NCBI GenBank assembly: GCA_964427615.1
Contig: CAYRUR010000003.1
Span: 44,062 to 108,061, forward strand
Direction: 5' to 3'
DNA: 64,000 nucleotides
DNA from: an uncultured Gammaproteobacteria bacterium
GTDB lineage: Bacteria; Patescibacteriota; Microgenomatia; Levybacterales; GWA1-39-11
This document shows, piece after piece, positions 7,314 to 17,794 of this stretch (position 1 is the stretch's first letter; every line of letters starts with the position of its first letter). The notes beneath the pieces were generated by a model, which saw only the letters and a program-made list of their open reading frames with translations, did not search any database and was not told where the DNA came from. Both the position numbers and the translations under genes were made by a program.

Positions 7314-10199
7314 ATGGCTGACGAGATTATTGTAAAAGGCGCGAGGGAACATAACCTCAAGAATATAGACCTGGAAATCCCAAAACAAAAATTAGTTGTT
7401 TTTACGGGATTGTCAGGTAGTGGAAAAAGCTCTTTAGCATTTGATACTATTTATGCCGAAGGACAAAGAAGGTATGTAGAGTCTCTTTCCTCATACGCCC
7501 GTCAATTTTTGGGCATCATGAAAAAACCAAATGTTGAGTATATCGAAGGTCTTTCCCCCTCTATCTCCATAGACCAGAAAAGCACGTCTCACAACCCACG
7601 TTCTACCGTAGGCACCGTTACTGAAATTTATGACTATTTACGTCTGTTATTTGCTCGTGTTGGTCATCCTCACTGTCCTAATTGCGGAACAGAAATTGCC
7701 AAAACCACCAAGGAAAAAATTGTAAATGAAATCACGGAAAAATATATTGAGATGACTCCTACCCGGGCTATGGTCTTAGCACCTTTAGTAAAGGGACGAA
7801 AAGGAGAATATCAGGATTTATTTAAAGACCTGCGCAAAAGAGGTTTTCAAAGAGTACGAATTGATGGACAACTATTTAATTTAGATGAAGATTTGGTACT
7901 TATAAAGACTAACAAACATACTATTGATGTAGTAGTAGACAGACTAATACTGGATAAGAATTACGAAAGACAGCGTATTTTGGAAGCAGTAGAACAAGCG
8001 CTAAGTATTGGAAATGGGGAAGTTATTATCTCCAAAGTAGAGGATAAAGGATTTACGTTTCCTGAAAAACCGAGCCAGATGCAAGATGAGCTTTTCTCAG
8101 AACGTTTTGCTTGTCCTAACTGTGGTACTTCAGTTGCCGCTGTAGAGCCCCGCTTATTTTCATTTAATTCTCCTTTTGGTGCCTGTCCATCTTGTAATGG
8201 ATTAGGATTGATTCATACAATAGATGAAGATTTGGTCTTTGCGCCTGAAATTAATATTGCAGAAGGTGGTATTCTGCCATTTTCAGACATTATTTCCAAA
8301 GACACATGGTTTGCCAGAACCGTCAGACAAGCTTTTAAAGAAAATGATATCTCGCTGTACATTCCTCTCAAAGACCTGCCTGAGGAAAAGAAAAAAATTA
8401 TTCTGGATGGTACTGGCAGTAGAGTGTACGAAGTAGCAGGAACCAATCGCTTTGGAGAAAAAACAACTATTTATGAATCATATCCAGGAGTTTTGCAGTT
8501 TTTGCTACAGCGGTATGCGGAAAGTGAGTCAGAACTGATAAAAAGAGAAGTGGAAAAGTACATGATGCCTACCATTTGTCAAAAGTGCGGAGGAGCAAGA
8601 CTGAAAGAAGAAGCTCTGGCAGTAACGGTGGGAGATAAAAACATTGCGCAAGTATCTCAGATGAGCATTGATGCCGTACATCAATTTATGTCAGGACTAG
8701 AACATACGCTGACCCTGAAAGAAAAAGAAATTGCCACAGTCATTTTGCGAGAGATACTGGCTCGACTTACGTTTTTGGTGGATGTAGGACTTTCCTATCT
8801 TTCTTTAGGACGTGAAGCCCAGACCTTATCGGGTGGAGAGGCACAACGTATTCGCCTTGCTTCTCAAATTGGAAGTGGTTTGTCCGGTGTATTGTATGTT
8901 TTGGATGAGCCATCTATTGGATTGCACCCCAGAGATAACACAAAACTAATCCAGACTCTTAAAACTTTGCGAGATATTGGCAACAGCGTATTAGTAGTAG
9001 AACACGATAAAGAGACGATGGAGGAGTCAGATTATATTTTTGATTTTGGGCCAGGTGCAGGTGAGTATGGAGGACAAATTATTGCCAAAGGTACCCCTGA
9101 AGAAATAAAAGAAGATGAGCATTCTATCACAGGACCGTATTTATCAGGGAAAAAAGATATCAATCTTAAGAAAAAAGAATTTTCTACTAAAAATACCTCT
9201 CATTTTTTAACGCTAAAGGGAGTATCAGAACACAACTTAAAGAATGTAGACATATCTATTCCGTTGGGAGCATTTGTATGTGTGACTGGTGTTTCTGGAA
9301 GCGGAAAATCAACACTTATTAATGACGTACTGTATCATGCCATTGCAGGAAAGAAAAACCCATTTCATAGACAAAAGCCAGGTGCGTTTCAAGGTTTGGA
9401 AGGGGATGAGCATATCAAACGTGTTTTTATGATAGACCAGTCTCCTATTGGCAGAACGCCACGCAGCAATCCTGCTACTTACACCGGAGTATTTAACTAT
9501 ATTAGAGAGATGTTTACGAATACACATGAAGCAAGACTCAGAGGATACAAACCAGGGCGTTTTTCTTTCAATGTAAAAGGTGGACGCTGTGAAACATGTG
9601 AAGGAGAAGGACAGCTAAAAATTGAGATGCAATTTTTACCGGATGTGTATATAGAGTGTGAATCATGTCATGGGACTCGTTATACACAGGATACGTTAGA
9701 GATTGAGTTTGAAGGTAAAAATATTGCAGAAGTGTTAAATATGAGTGTTGAGGAAGCATTGCCTTTCTTTTCATTTCATGAAGGGCTTTACAACAAGATT
9801 TTGACACTCAAAGAAGTAGGTCTATCTTACGTAAGGCTCGGACAACCAGCACCCACACTATCTGGTGGTGAAGCACAACGTATCAAATTAGCAACAGAAT
9901 TATCCAAAAAAGGAGCAGGAGGAAGTTTGTATCTGTTGGATGAGCCTACCACAGGACTGCATTTTGCAGATCTGGAAAAATTGATCAAAGTACTAAGACA
10001 GCTTGTTGATAAAGGAAATACAGTATTGGTAATAGAACACAACCTTGACGTAATCAAGAACGCTGATTATATAATAGACTTAGGTCCTGAAGGTGGAGAC
10101 AAAGGAGGAAATCTGGTAGCAGCAGGAACACCTCGCCAAGTAGCACAAGTTGCTGGGTCGTATACTGGTATGTACCTGAAAAAAGAACTCAATGTATGA
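7314..10199 (+). CDS. uvrA: excinuclease ABC subunit A (UvrA)
   Basis: Two ABC ATPase modules (GLSGSGKSSLAFDT; GVSGSGKSTLIND), signature LSGGEAQR twice, Cys-rich zinc-finger insertions; 961 aa. Confidence 0.95.
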   Translation: MADEIIVKGAREHNLKNIDLEIPKQKLVVFTGLSGSGKSSLAFDTIYAEGQRRYVESLSSYARQFLGIMKKPNVEYIEGLSPSISIDQKSTSHNPRSTVGTVTEIYDYLRLLFARVGHPHCPNCGTEIAKTTKEKIVNEITEKYIEMTPTRAMVLAPLVKGRKGEYQDLFKDLRKRGFQRVRIDGQLFNLDEDLVLIKTNKHTIDVVVDRLILDKNYERQRILEAVEQALSIGNGEVIISKVEDKGFTFPEKPSQMQDELFSERFACPNCGTSVAAVEPRLFSFNSPFGACPSCNGLGLIHTIDEDLVFAPEINIAEGGILPFSDIISKDTWFARTVRQAFKENDISLYIPLKDLPEEKKKIILDGTGSRVYEVAGTNRFGEKTTIYESYPGVLQFLLQRYAESESELIKREVEKYMMPTICQKCGGARLKEEALAVTVGDKNIAQVSQMSIDAVHQFMSGLEHTLTLKEKEIATVILREILARLTFLVDVGLSYLSLGREAQTLSGGEAQRIRLASQIGSGLSGVLYVLDEPSIGLHPRDNTKLIQTLKTLRDIGNSVLVVEHDKETMEESDYIFDFGPGAGEYGGQIIAKGTPEEIKEDEHSITGPYLSGKKDINLKKKEFSTKNTSHFLTLKGVSEHNLKNVDISIPLGAFVCVTGVSGSGKSTLINDVLYHAIAGKKNPFHRQKPGAFQGLEGDEHIKRVFMIDQSPIGRTPRSNPATYTGVFNYIREMFTNTHEARLRGYKPGRFSFNVKGGRCETCEGEGQLKIEMQFLPDVYIECESCHGTRYTQDTLEIEFEGKNIAEVLNMSVEEALPFFSFHEGLYNKILTLKEVGLSYVRLGQPAPTLSGGEAQRIKLATELSKKGAGGSLYLLDEPTTGLHFADLEKLIKVLRQLVDKGNTVLVIEHNLDVIKNADYIIDLGPEGGDKGGNLVAAGTPRQVAQVAGSYTGMYLKKELNV

Positions 10200-12058
10200 A
10201 GAGGATAGTTATTAGTTTTTTTATAGCCGTTTTTTGTTTTGGTATATCCTCGACTTCAACTACTCATGCTACAACTGAATTTGATACCTCTGTTACCAGT
10301 AGCTATCTTGCTCGTCAAGATGGATCCACTATTGTTACTCAAACTATAGAATTAAAAAATAACACAGAATATTACTACACACCTTCCTACACGCTTTCTA
10401 CTGGACTTCAGGATGTTAAAAATATCGCTGTCTATAACGCTGCCGGAGCTATTCCATTTGAAGAAATTGATAACAAAGAAGCAGGCAAATCTATAAAAAT
10501 ACAGTTTCAGGATAGAGTGGTTGGACTTGGCAAAGTAAATTATTTTACCATCACGTTTTCTACCAACAGCATTGCCAAAAAAATGGGAGATGTGTGGGAA
10601 GTAAGTATTCCTGGACTTGATAACCCTGATAGTTTTGCTGCATATCAAATAACGGTCCAAGTCCCTCAAGATTTTGGTAATGTTACTATCATAAAACCAC
10701 AAAAAACAGTTGCTGAAGGGAGCAGGACATTTTCCTTTACTAAAGATGAGATTACAAAGTCTGGTGTGATGCTTATATTTGGAAAAAACCAATATTATCG
10801 TCTCAATCTTGCCTATCACCTATCCAACAAAAATTTATTTCCTATCAAAACAGAGATAGCCCTTCCAGCCTCAACCAATTACCAAGAAGTGTTAATAGAG
10901 TCTATCAAAGAGAAGCCTATGAATACGTATAGAGACGACGATGGTAACTGGCTAGCCCTTTATTCTCTCAATCCTCAGGAAGAAAAGACCATTCATGTTA
11001 CAGCATTTGTCAAAATAGCACCTACGCCTGAGCAACAAGGACTATCTGATGAGCAAAAAAAATTGTATACACAAGAACTCTCCTATTGGGATACGAATGC
11101 AAAAATAAAAGAAGCTGCTAAAAAAATGCATTCAGCAAAAGATGTATATGAGTATGTTACGAAAAGCCTTACGTATAATTACGAACGTTTTTCTGAAAAA
11201 AGTGTGCGTTTAGGTGCAAAAAAAACCATAGAAAGTCCTGAAAATAGTGTGTGCCTGGAATTTACGGATCTTTTTATTAGTGTAGCAAGAGCAGCTGGAA
11301 TTCCTGCCAGAGCTGTGGAAGGATATGCATATACGCAAAATACAAAATTAAGACCTTTATCATTAGTAAAAGATGTGTTGCATGCATGGCCGGAATATTA
11401 TGATGAAGAGAAAAAAACATGGGTCATGGTAGATCCGACATGGGGTAATACAACAGGGGGGATAGATTATTTCTCAACCCTGGACTTTGCCCATATTGCT
11501 TTTATTACTAAAGGCAAAGATAGCACGTATCCAGTGCCAGCAGGAGGATACAAAGTGAGTGATACCTCTCAAGACGTGGTAGTAAACGTTATTACAGCAG
11601 AAGAGTTTGAAAAAAAATCAAAAAGCAGCTTTAGCGTGGATTTTGACTCTCAAGCAATAGCAGGATTTTCTATCAAAGGAATGTTAACGATTAAAAACAC
11701 TGGCTCAACTCCTTTGAAAGATAAATATATTCAAATAGACTCCACGCTCACTCCATCTCACCAAGAATACTATATTACAGACATTCCACCATTTGGTGAA
11801 AAGACGATTTTAGTCTCCTTTGATAAAACACCCTTTTTGACAAACAAAACATATAAGATTACAATTCACTTTGACGGAAAGAGTATTGAAAAATCTATTG
11901 CTGTTTCAATACTTCCTAATCCGTTATGGATTTTAATAGGAGGTGGTATCTTTGCAAGCTGTTTTATCATATCAATCATTGCCTACCGTTCCTGGCGTAT
12001 ATTTATTCAAAGACCAAAACCAAAAAATACTGTACGTCGGAAAAGCAAAAGATCTTAA
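10196..12058 (+). CDS. secreted/membrane-anchored transglutaminase-like cysteine protease domain protein (signal peptide, C-terminal TM helix)
   Basis: Core NSVCLEFTDLF...HAWPEYY...VMVDPTW matches the Cys-His-Asp transglutaminase-like triad; start overlaps uvrA stop (ATGA). Confidence 0.6.
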   Translation: MKRIVISFFIAVFCFGISSTSTTHATTEFDTSVTSSYLARQDGSTIVTQTIELKNNTEYYYTPSYTLSTGLQDVKNIAVYNAAGAIPFEEIDNKEAGKSIKIQFQDRVVGLGKVNYFTITFSTNSIAKKMGDVWEVSIPGLDNPDSFAAYQITVQVPQDFGNVTIIKPQKTVAEGSRTFSFTKDEITKSGVMLIFGKNQYYRLNLAYHLSNKNLFPIKTEIALPASTNYQEVLIESIKEKPMNTYRDDDGNWLALYSLNPQEEKTIHVTAFVKIAPTPEQQGLSDEQKKLYTQELSYWDTNAKIKEAAKKMHSAKDVYEYVTKSLTYNYERFSEKSVRLGAKKTIESPENSVCLEFTDLFISVARAAGIPARAVEGYAYTQNTKLRPLSLVKDVLHAWPEYYDEEKKTWVMVDPTWGNTTGGIDYFSTLDFAHIAFITKGKDSTYPVPAGGYKVSDTSQDVVVNVITAEEFEKKSKSSFSVDFDSQAIAGFSIKGMLTIKNTGSTPLKDKYIQIDSTLTPSHQEYYITDIPPFGEKTILVSFDKTPFLTNKTYKITIHFDGKSIEKSIAVSILPNPLWILIGGGIFASCFIISIIAYRSWRIFIQRPKPKNTVRRKSKRS

Positions 12059-13253
12059 AAAAAGAGTTTCCTCATACTTTAATAAGGGGAGGGCTCTTGA
12101 TGCCAAAACGATCAACTTGGTTGAAAAGATAGCCTCTATTTCCTATGTACCCGTAGCTTCGGAAATTGAAGCCTTTTTACTGGAAGCAGAGTACATCAAA
12201 GAATATCGGCCGTTTTATAACATAAAAATGGCTGATGACAAATCATTTCCCTATTTGGCCATAAGTAAAGGAGAGAATCCCCATATCACTATCACCCGCA
12301 AACGCAATCTAGAACAAGCGGATTATTTTGGTCCTTATCCTAATGTTACTGATTTAAAACTTGTCTTAAAACTCTTGAGAAAAATCTTTCCTTTTCAAAC
12401 AGTAAAGAATCATCCTAAAAAAGAATGCCTATATTATCACCTCAAACAATGTCCTTGTATTGCTGTGCATCCAGAACTGACAGATGAGTATACAAAAAAC
12501 CTGCGAAATATAAAGCTGTTTTTAAAAGGAAAAAAAGAAGCCATTATCAAAGACCTGGAAAAAGAGAGAGATACCTATGTAAAACAAGAAGCTTTTGAAA
12601 AAGCGCAGGAAATACAGAGAAAAATTGAGAAAATACTGTTGGTTAGCAGTGAACATTACAGCCCTTTTCGGTATCAAGAACGGCCTGATTTGTACTACGA
12701 AAGATTGCAAAAAGAGGTTGAATCATTAAAGTCCATTTTACAATCCCATCACCTGGACATAAAAAAACTGGAGAGAATAGAGTGTTATGATATTTCAAAT
12801 ATCCAAGGAAAAGAAGCAACGGGGTCTATGGTGGTACTTATAAATGGCGAAACAGCAAATAAAGAGTATCGCCGATTTAAAATCAAGTCAAAAAATACTC
12901 CAGATGATTTTCATATGATGAAAGAAGTAATAACACGCAGGATCAAAAACACGCAATGGCCGTATCCTGATTTATTTGTCATAGATGGAGGAAAAGGACA
13001 AGTAGGGAGTGTATTGCCAATCTTGAGACGCAACGGTATTCTCATTCCAGTTATTGGTCTTGCTAAAAGAGAGGAAATTATTGTTATTCCTCAAGAAATG
13101 CAGGAACATGAATTTGTGTATGAGGAAGTAAAATTACCAAAAGACACACCTGGTATCAATCTCCTGCGTAAAATAAGAGATGAGGCTCATCGTTTTGCTT
13201 TGACGTATCACCGGAATTTACGTAAAAAAAGACTATTGTCTTTGCTTGGGTAA
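11943..13253 (+). CDS. uvrC: excinuclease ABC subunit C, short form (GIY-YIG + UVR-like + RNase H-like endonuclease domain; lacks the C-terminal (HhH)2 domain); GTG start overlapping the upstream gene by ~115 bp, true start may be further in
   Basis: N-terminal GVYLFKD...ILYVGKAKDLKKRVSSYF (GIY-YIG); C-terminal YDISNIQG...PDLFVIDGGKGQ (UvrC endonuclease domain); only 436 aa. Confidence 0.75.
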   Translation: MVSLQAVLSYQSLPTVPGVYLFKDQNQKILYVGKAKDLKKRVSSYFNKGRALDAKTINLVEKIASISYVPVASEIEAFLLEAEYIKEYRPFYNIKMADDKSFPYLAISKGENPHITITRKRNLEQADYFGPYPNVTDLKLVLKLLRKIFPFQTVKNHPKKECLYYHLKQCPCIAVHPELTDEYTKNLRNIKLFLKGKKEAIIKDLEKERDTYVKQEAFEKAQEIQRKIEKILLVSSEHYSPFRYQERPDLYYERLQKEVESLKSILQSHHLDIKKLERIECYDISNIQGKEATGSMVVLINGETANKEYRRFKIKSKNTPDDFHMMKEVITRRIKNTQWPYPDLFVIDGGKGQVGSVLPILRRNGILIPVIGLAKREEIIVIPQEMQEHEFVYEEVKLPKDTPGINLLRKIRDEAHRFALTYHRNLRKKRLLSLLG

Positions 13254-13315
13254 CTTCAGTATACTACTTCGCTTTGTATACACAAAAAATAGTAATAGCT
13301 GATAGCATCTACTGG

Positions 13316-13351
13316 TTGATTCTGGTCGTACTCCGTTTGCCAGAATGACAA
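13316..13351. mobile_element. half-copy of the GTCATTCTGG/CCAGAATGAC MITE-like family (right arm only: TTGATTCTGGTCGTACTCCGTTTGCCAGAATGACAA)
   Basis: Near-identical to right half of copy at 1068-1152. Confidence 0.45.
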
Positions 13352-13449
13352 TATGTAAAAGACTTTTGAATTTGATTTTGAACTATACAAAGCTTCGTTA
13401 GGTATTATATATTGTATTTTGTAAGCAAAGGAGTATACAATTTATCTAT

Positions 13450-13851
13450 ATGAAGGATTTGCTCAAGAGTCTTTTTCTTAACTCCTTTGCACTTTATACA
13501 ACTGCTCTTTTGTGGGATGGTTTGCACATATACGGAGGATTATCAGTGATCCTGATTGTAGGCGTACTGCTAACCATCAGCAGAGCTGTTCTTGATCCAT
13601 TACTGCAATTTATAACCTTACCGTTACGAGTGTTAACACTTGGCCTTTCAAATGCTTTGACTTTTGGTCTTATCCTTTTTATACTATCATTCTTGTACAA
13701 AAAGATTGAGGTTACCAGCTTTACTTTTGAGGGGATATCATTATTTGGAGTGAGTATTCAGGGATTTTATGTCTCAATACTTTTGTCTTATATCATAATC
13801 TCTGTTACAATATACGTGATAACCAAAGGAGTTGAGTGGGTATTCAATTAA
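13450..13851 (+). CDS. DUF360/YvlD-like 4-TM membrane protein (phage holin IV superfamily-like)
   Basis: 4 TM helices, PLLQFITLPLRVLTLGL motif typical of DUF360. Confidence 0.5.
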   Translation: MKDLLKSLFLNSFALYTTALLWDGLHIYGGLSVILIVGVLLTISRAVLDPLLQFITLPLRVLTLGLSNALTFGLILFILSFLYKKIEVTSFTFEGISLFGVSIQGFYVSILLSYIIISVTIYVITKGVEWVFN

Positions 13852-13854
13852 TAT

Positions 13855-14067
13855 ATGAGCATTTTTACTATTATACAGATCGTTATTTCAGTATTATTGA
13901 TTATTTCTGTTGTTTTGCAGCAGAGAGGATCATCTATTGGCGTGGCATTTGGAGGTACAGGAGAAACATATAGAAGTAAAAGAGGAGTAGAAAAGTTACT
14001 TTTTTATGCCACTCTTATTCTTGCTGCACTATTTGCAGGAGTTTCGATTCTCGCGCTTGTTTCCTAA
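13855..14067 (+). CDS. secG: preprotein translocase subunit SecG
   Basis: 70 aa, two TM helices, LQQRGSSIGVAFGG...YRSKRGVEK pattern typical of SecG. Confidence 0.65.
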   Translation: MSIFTIIQIVISVLLIISVVLQQRGSSIGVAFGGTGETYRSKRGVEKLLFYATLILAALFAGVSILALVS

Positions 14068-14088
14068 TCATATTCAGTACTCATACTT

Positions 14089-15438
14089 ATGGCTCAAGTT
14101 AGAAGACGCTACTACATTTGGCTTTTGAGGGCATACATTAAAAAGTGGAAAAAAACTATTTTTACCTCGGTGATTATTGGTATCGGCATTTTTTTTGCAT
14201 TATTTAGTATTTTTAATTTTTACGTTCAACCTCTCATTACGAATAAAGCTCAGAGAATTGGATACGCAGGTGTATTTACTCCTCAAAGTATACCTGAAGA
14301 ACTACTTCGCAATATCAGTTTTGGACTTACAAAAGTTGAGAAAGATGGTAGTATTGCTCCTGCTGCCGCTTCAAAATGGGAGATAAAAGATAAAGGGAAA
14401 AAGTATGTGTTTCACCTTAAAAAGGGACAACGGTTTCATAACGGGAAGGAATTAACCAGTAAAACATTAAATCTTAATTTTAAAGACGTAAAAAGAGAAA
14501 ATATAGACGAGTACACTGTGGCATACACACTCAAAAGTCCGTATGCTCCTTTTTTATCAGCAGTTTCTCAGCCCATTTTAATTGATGGATTCTCAGGATT
14601 AGGGGATTATCAGCTAAAAAAACTTGAGTTAAATGCAGGTTTTGTCAAAACGATGATTTTACAAAGTAGACAAGATACATCCTACAAGAAAACTATTTTG
14701 TTTTATCCCACTCAGAGAGCAGTAAAACTAGCGTTTATGTTAGGAGAAGTTAACCAAATAAATGATGTTAACTCTCTTAAAGTTGACAACACAGATCTTG
14801 CAAGTTGGAAGAATCTAAAACCAGAAAAGAACACTTCTTATGCAGAGCTAGTAACTCTTTTTTATAATAACGCAGACCCCAACCTTTCCAATAAAAAACT
14901 CAGACAAGCACTTAACTATGCGCTTCCCAGTGTATTTGAAGAAGGTGAAAGAGCTTATTCATCTATTCCACCCACCTCTATCTATTTTTCTAAGGCTCCC
15001 AATTACGGTATTTCTGACCAGGAAATTGCCAAAAAGCTGTTGGAAAGTTCTGGAGCAGATCTAAAAGAAGGAGTAACGATAACTACCACAGATGAATACG
15101 TAGAACCGGCAAAAAAAATAAAACAAGCATGGGAGGGAATTGGAGTCAAAACAAACGTTGAGGTAGTGAATGCTTTTCCTTCAAAATTCCAGATTCTTTT
15201 GCAGCCGTTTACGTTACCTAAAGACCCTGATCAATATACTCTCTGGCATTCTGGACAGACCAATAATATTGTGCATTTTAAAAACTTGCGCATTGATAAG
15301 TTGCTTGAAGATGGAAGAGAAAAAGAAGTAAGTCAAAGCGACAGAATTAGTATTTATGCTGATTTCCAAAAATATTTATTAGATGAGGTGCCTGCTTCCT
15401 TTTTATACTTTCCGTACAAATTTACTCTTTCGAGGTAG
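14089..15438 (+). CDS. membrane-anchored extracellular solute-binding protein, family 5-like (peptide/nickel-type ABC substrate-binding protein)
   Basis: N-terminal TM anchor, ~400-aa periplasmic-type domain with SBP_bac_5-like segments; weak assignment. Confidence 0.4.
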   Translation: MAQVRRRYYIWLLRAYIKKWKKTIFTSVIIGIGIFFALFSIFNFYVQPLITNKAQRIGYAGVFTPQSIPEELLRNISFGLTKVEKDGSIAPAAASKWEIKDKGKKYVFHLKKGQRFHNGKELTSKTLNLNFKDVKRENIDEYTVAYTLKSPYAPFLSAVSQPILIDGFSGLGDYQLKKLELNAGFVKTMILQSRQDTSYKKTILFYPTQRAVKLAFMLGEVNQINDVNSLKVDNTDLASWKNLKPEKNTSYAELVTLFYNNADPNLSNKKLRQALNYALPSVFEEGERAYSSIPPTSIYFSKAPNYGISDQEIAKKLLESSGADLKEGVTITTTDEYVEPAKKIKQAWEGIGVKTNVEVVNAFPSKFQILLQPFTLPKDPDQYTLWHSGQTNNIVHFKNLRIDKLLEDGREKEVSQSDRISIYADFQKYLLDEVPASFLYFPYKFTLSR

Positions 15439-17794
15439 TGTCTTCTGCTGTACTATGTCTGGTAAAAACATAAAAATTATCTAGTTGATAGGTAATGGAA
15501 TAGGTATTGCTCTGGAGTAAATAGTGTAAAAGATCTGCCTCATAAGAGTTGTCTTCAATACTGCTATCCAGTAATATCATCACTTTTGCGACTTGATCCA
15601 GACCTCGAGGGACAACATAAATACCATCTCTATGTGAAAGATGCGCTCCTAAATTGTTAGATACTGCCAGTGGCATAGCAGCTGGAATAGTCTGTAAATA
15701 AGCGTTAATTAGTTCTTTATTAGGACGAGGTTGTGTCCAAATCTCTATAGAAGCATACCTAGCTCCTGGTAAAGGACCATACAACCATGCACTCAAAAAA
15801 GCAAAGAAGAGCAGATAGTAAAATACAAATAAAGGAGTTATAAAATGCCAGCGCAGTGCAAGAATTCTTTGTATACCAAAAACAGTAGCTATATACACAA
15901 ACGGTAGAATAACTGCTGCATAATGATACCAAATATCACGCAGATTACTGTTATTTGATAGCAGATTAATAGTGAGATCTGGAAGAGCAAAGATAAGAAA
16001 TAGAGGTGATAAGAGTGCTAAAAATCCGGTTGAAAGGAGTAAAGTAACTAAGTAGTGGAGACTATCCCAGGTAAGAAGTTTTGAAAACGTAAGGAAAGGA
16101 TTGAGGAAAATGGTGGTAATAATCTGGATAGTATTATCTCCAAAATCGCTGAGGTAAGAGAGCGCAAAATGGTGTGATCCACGTGCTTGAGGAATCAAAA
16201 AACGCATAAGGAGCAGAAAGATGGAAAGAGAAGTAATAGAAATAACGCCACCAAGTTTCTGATACCCTTTGACTATGACATACAGCCCAAAGAAGAAAGC
16301 AATCAAATACACATTTTCTTTCGTAAGCACTGCTAGGAAAAGAAAGAGTAAAAACCATTTGATGCTTCTGATGTACAAAAAGTAGAAAGCAGCAATTAAG
16401 AACGTGGTTGCAAACGTAACAGCATGAAAATCAAAGAGATTTTGTCTTTGTATCAGTGGGTTGAGCAAATAAGAAAGTGAAAGAGCAAGAGCAATATAAT
16501 TATTTTTTATAACTCGCTGTGCCAGTAAGTAAACAAAAATACTACCGAGAGCAATTACTACCGTCTGTAACACCAGAAGCATTCGAGCATCTGGCCAAAT
16601 AAAATAAAAAGGAGCTAACAAAATAAGCAAAAAATCAGCATGGACTGCCAAGCGTGAAATACTTTCTGTAGCATCAGGATTGGTTAGCATAAAAACTTTG
16701 CCGTGCATCGTATTCCATACTGTCTGATCCATGTTTCCCAGGTCAAAACGACCAGTGAAGAAATTATGATATTTTTGGACAGATACATACGTAAAGTAGC
16801 TAATATAGCTAATAACACTGGTAAGTAGTATCAGAAAAGAAGCAGGTATTTTCTTTACAAATGAATGGTTAGGAAATGTTATTTTAGTTAACGAAAAAGT
16901 AACTACCAAAAAGATTACTTCACTGGCAATAAAAGCAATACGCAATATAACAGAAAGCGCGGAAGCCAAAGATAGTGGTAGAAAAGGAGTAAGACCCAAT
17001 GTGAGTACTACTTCACGCACTCCCAAACCCATAGGAGTAACAAAAGAAAGATAACCAATTAGCCAGGAAAAAACAAAAAAGGAGGCAAACTGTACAAAGA
17101 ATACAGGACTGAGCGAAGTAAATGAGGCAGCAACTAAATAATTGCCAATACCAAAAAATATCCAAGCCAGTACAAAAATAAAAAAGATGTGGGTAAATTT
17201 AGCAAAAGAGAGAATGGAAATTCTTTTTTTCTTTAAAAAAGTAAGCATTGCTATGCCTGCAAAAAGTGAGATTATAAAAACTAATAGCAAGAGAATAATA
17301 GGTGAAATAGAAAGACGTTCTTCTACAAAGGCAAGAAGGCTTTGAGCGAAAAAGAAAATGCTTGGGATAGATACAACTGCACTTGAGAAAAGGAGCAAAA
17401 AAGATTCTACAACCAGTCCTTTAATCACTGTTTTCGAAGGGATGTCAAATTCCTTAAAATACTGGACTCTGGCAGCAAATGAAAAGATGTTGCCTGGAAT
17501 GTAGCGCTTTGTCTCTCCCAAAGAAAGGAGATAGTTGCTCTTTGTGTAAGGCACATCATGTCCTAATTTCTGAAGAATTAATTTCCAACAGATGGCTTTT
17601 AAGAGGAAAAAGAGCAGCATAAACCCTAAACCCAGCACAAGGCTAACCATATTTGCATGCAGTAAGTGGGTGCCTATGTCATCCTTTGCTTTATAAATAA
17701 TAGAACCGATAAAGTAAAAAGAAAGAAGAGTAAGTGGAATACCAAAGAAGAATTTAATAATCTTTTTGATATTTGGCTTATTTTTCAGAGGCAT
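15422..17794 (-). CDS. large polytopic membrane protein (about 20 TM helices; N-terminal UPF0104/LPG-synthase-TM-like region, C-terminal DUF2079/GT-C-like region); probable lipid-linked glycosyl carrier/transferase partner of the adjacent GT2
   Basis: 790 aa, highly hydrophobic; 17-bp overlap with GT2 gene suggests co-transcription. Confidence 0.45.
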   Translation of the reverse strand: MPLKNKPNIKKIIKFFFGIPLTLLSFYFIGSIIYKAKDDIGTHLLHANMVSLVLGLGFMLLFFLLKAICWKLILQKLGHDVPYTKSNYLLSLGETKRYIPGNIFSFAARVQYFKEFDIPSKTVIKGLVVESFLLLFSSAVVSIPSIFFFAQSLLAFVEERLSISPIILLLLVFIISLFAGIAMLTFLKKKRISILSFAKFTHIFFIFVLAWIFFGIGNYLVAASFTSLSPVFFVQFASFFVFSWLIGYLSFVTPMGLGVREVVLTLGLTPFLPLSLASALSVILRIAFIASEVIFLVVTFSLTKITFPNHSFVKKIPASFLILLTSVISYISYFTYVSVQKYHNFFTGRFDLGNMDQTVWNTMHGKVFMLTNPDATESISRLAVHADFLLILLAPFYFIWPDARMLLVLQTVVIALGSIFVYLLAQRVIKNNYIALALSLSYLLNPLIQRQNLFDFHAVTFATTFLIAAFYFLYIRSIKWFLLFLFLAVLTKENVYLIAFFFGLYVIVKGYQKLGGVISITSLSIFLLLMRFLIPQARGSHHFALSYLSDFGDNTIQIITTIFLNPFLTFSKLLTWDSLHYLVTLLLSTGFLALLSPLFLIFALPDLTINLLSNNSNLRDIWYHYAAVILPFVYIATVFGIQRILALRWHFITPLFVFYYLLFFAFLSAWLYGPLPGARYASIEIWTQPRPNKELINAYLQTIPAAMPLAVSNNLGAHLSHRDGIYVVPRGLDQVAKVMILLDSSIEDNSYEADLLHYLLQSNTYSITYQLDNFYVFTRHSTAEDTTSKE

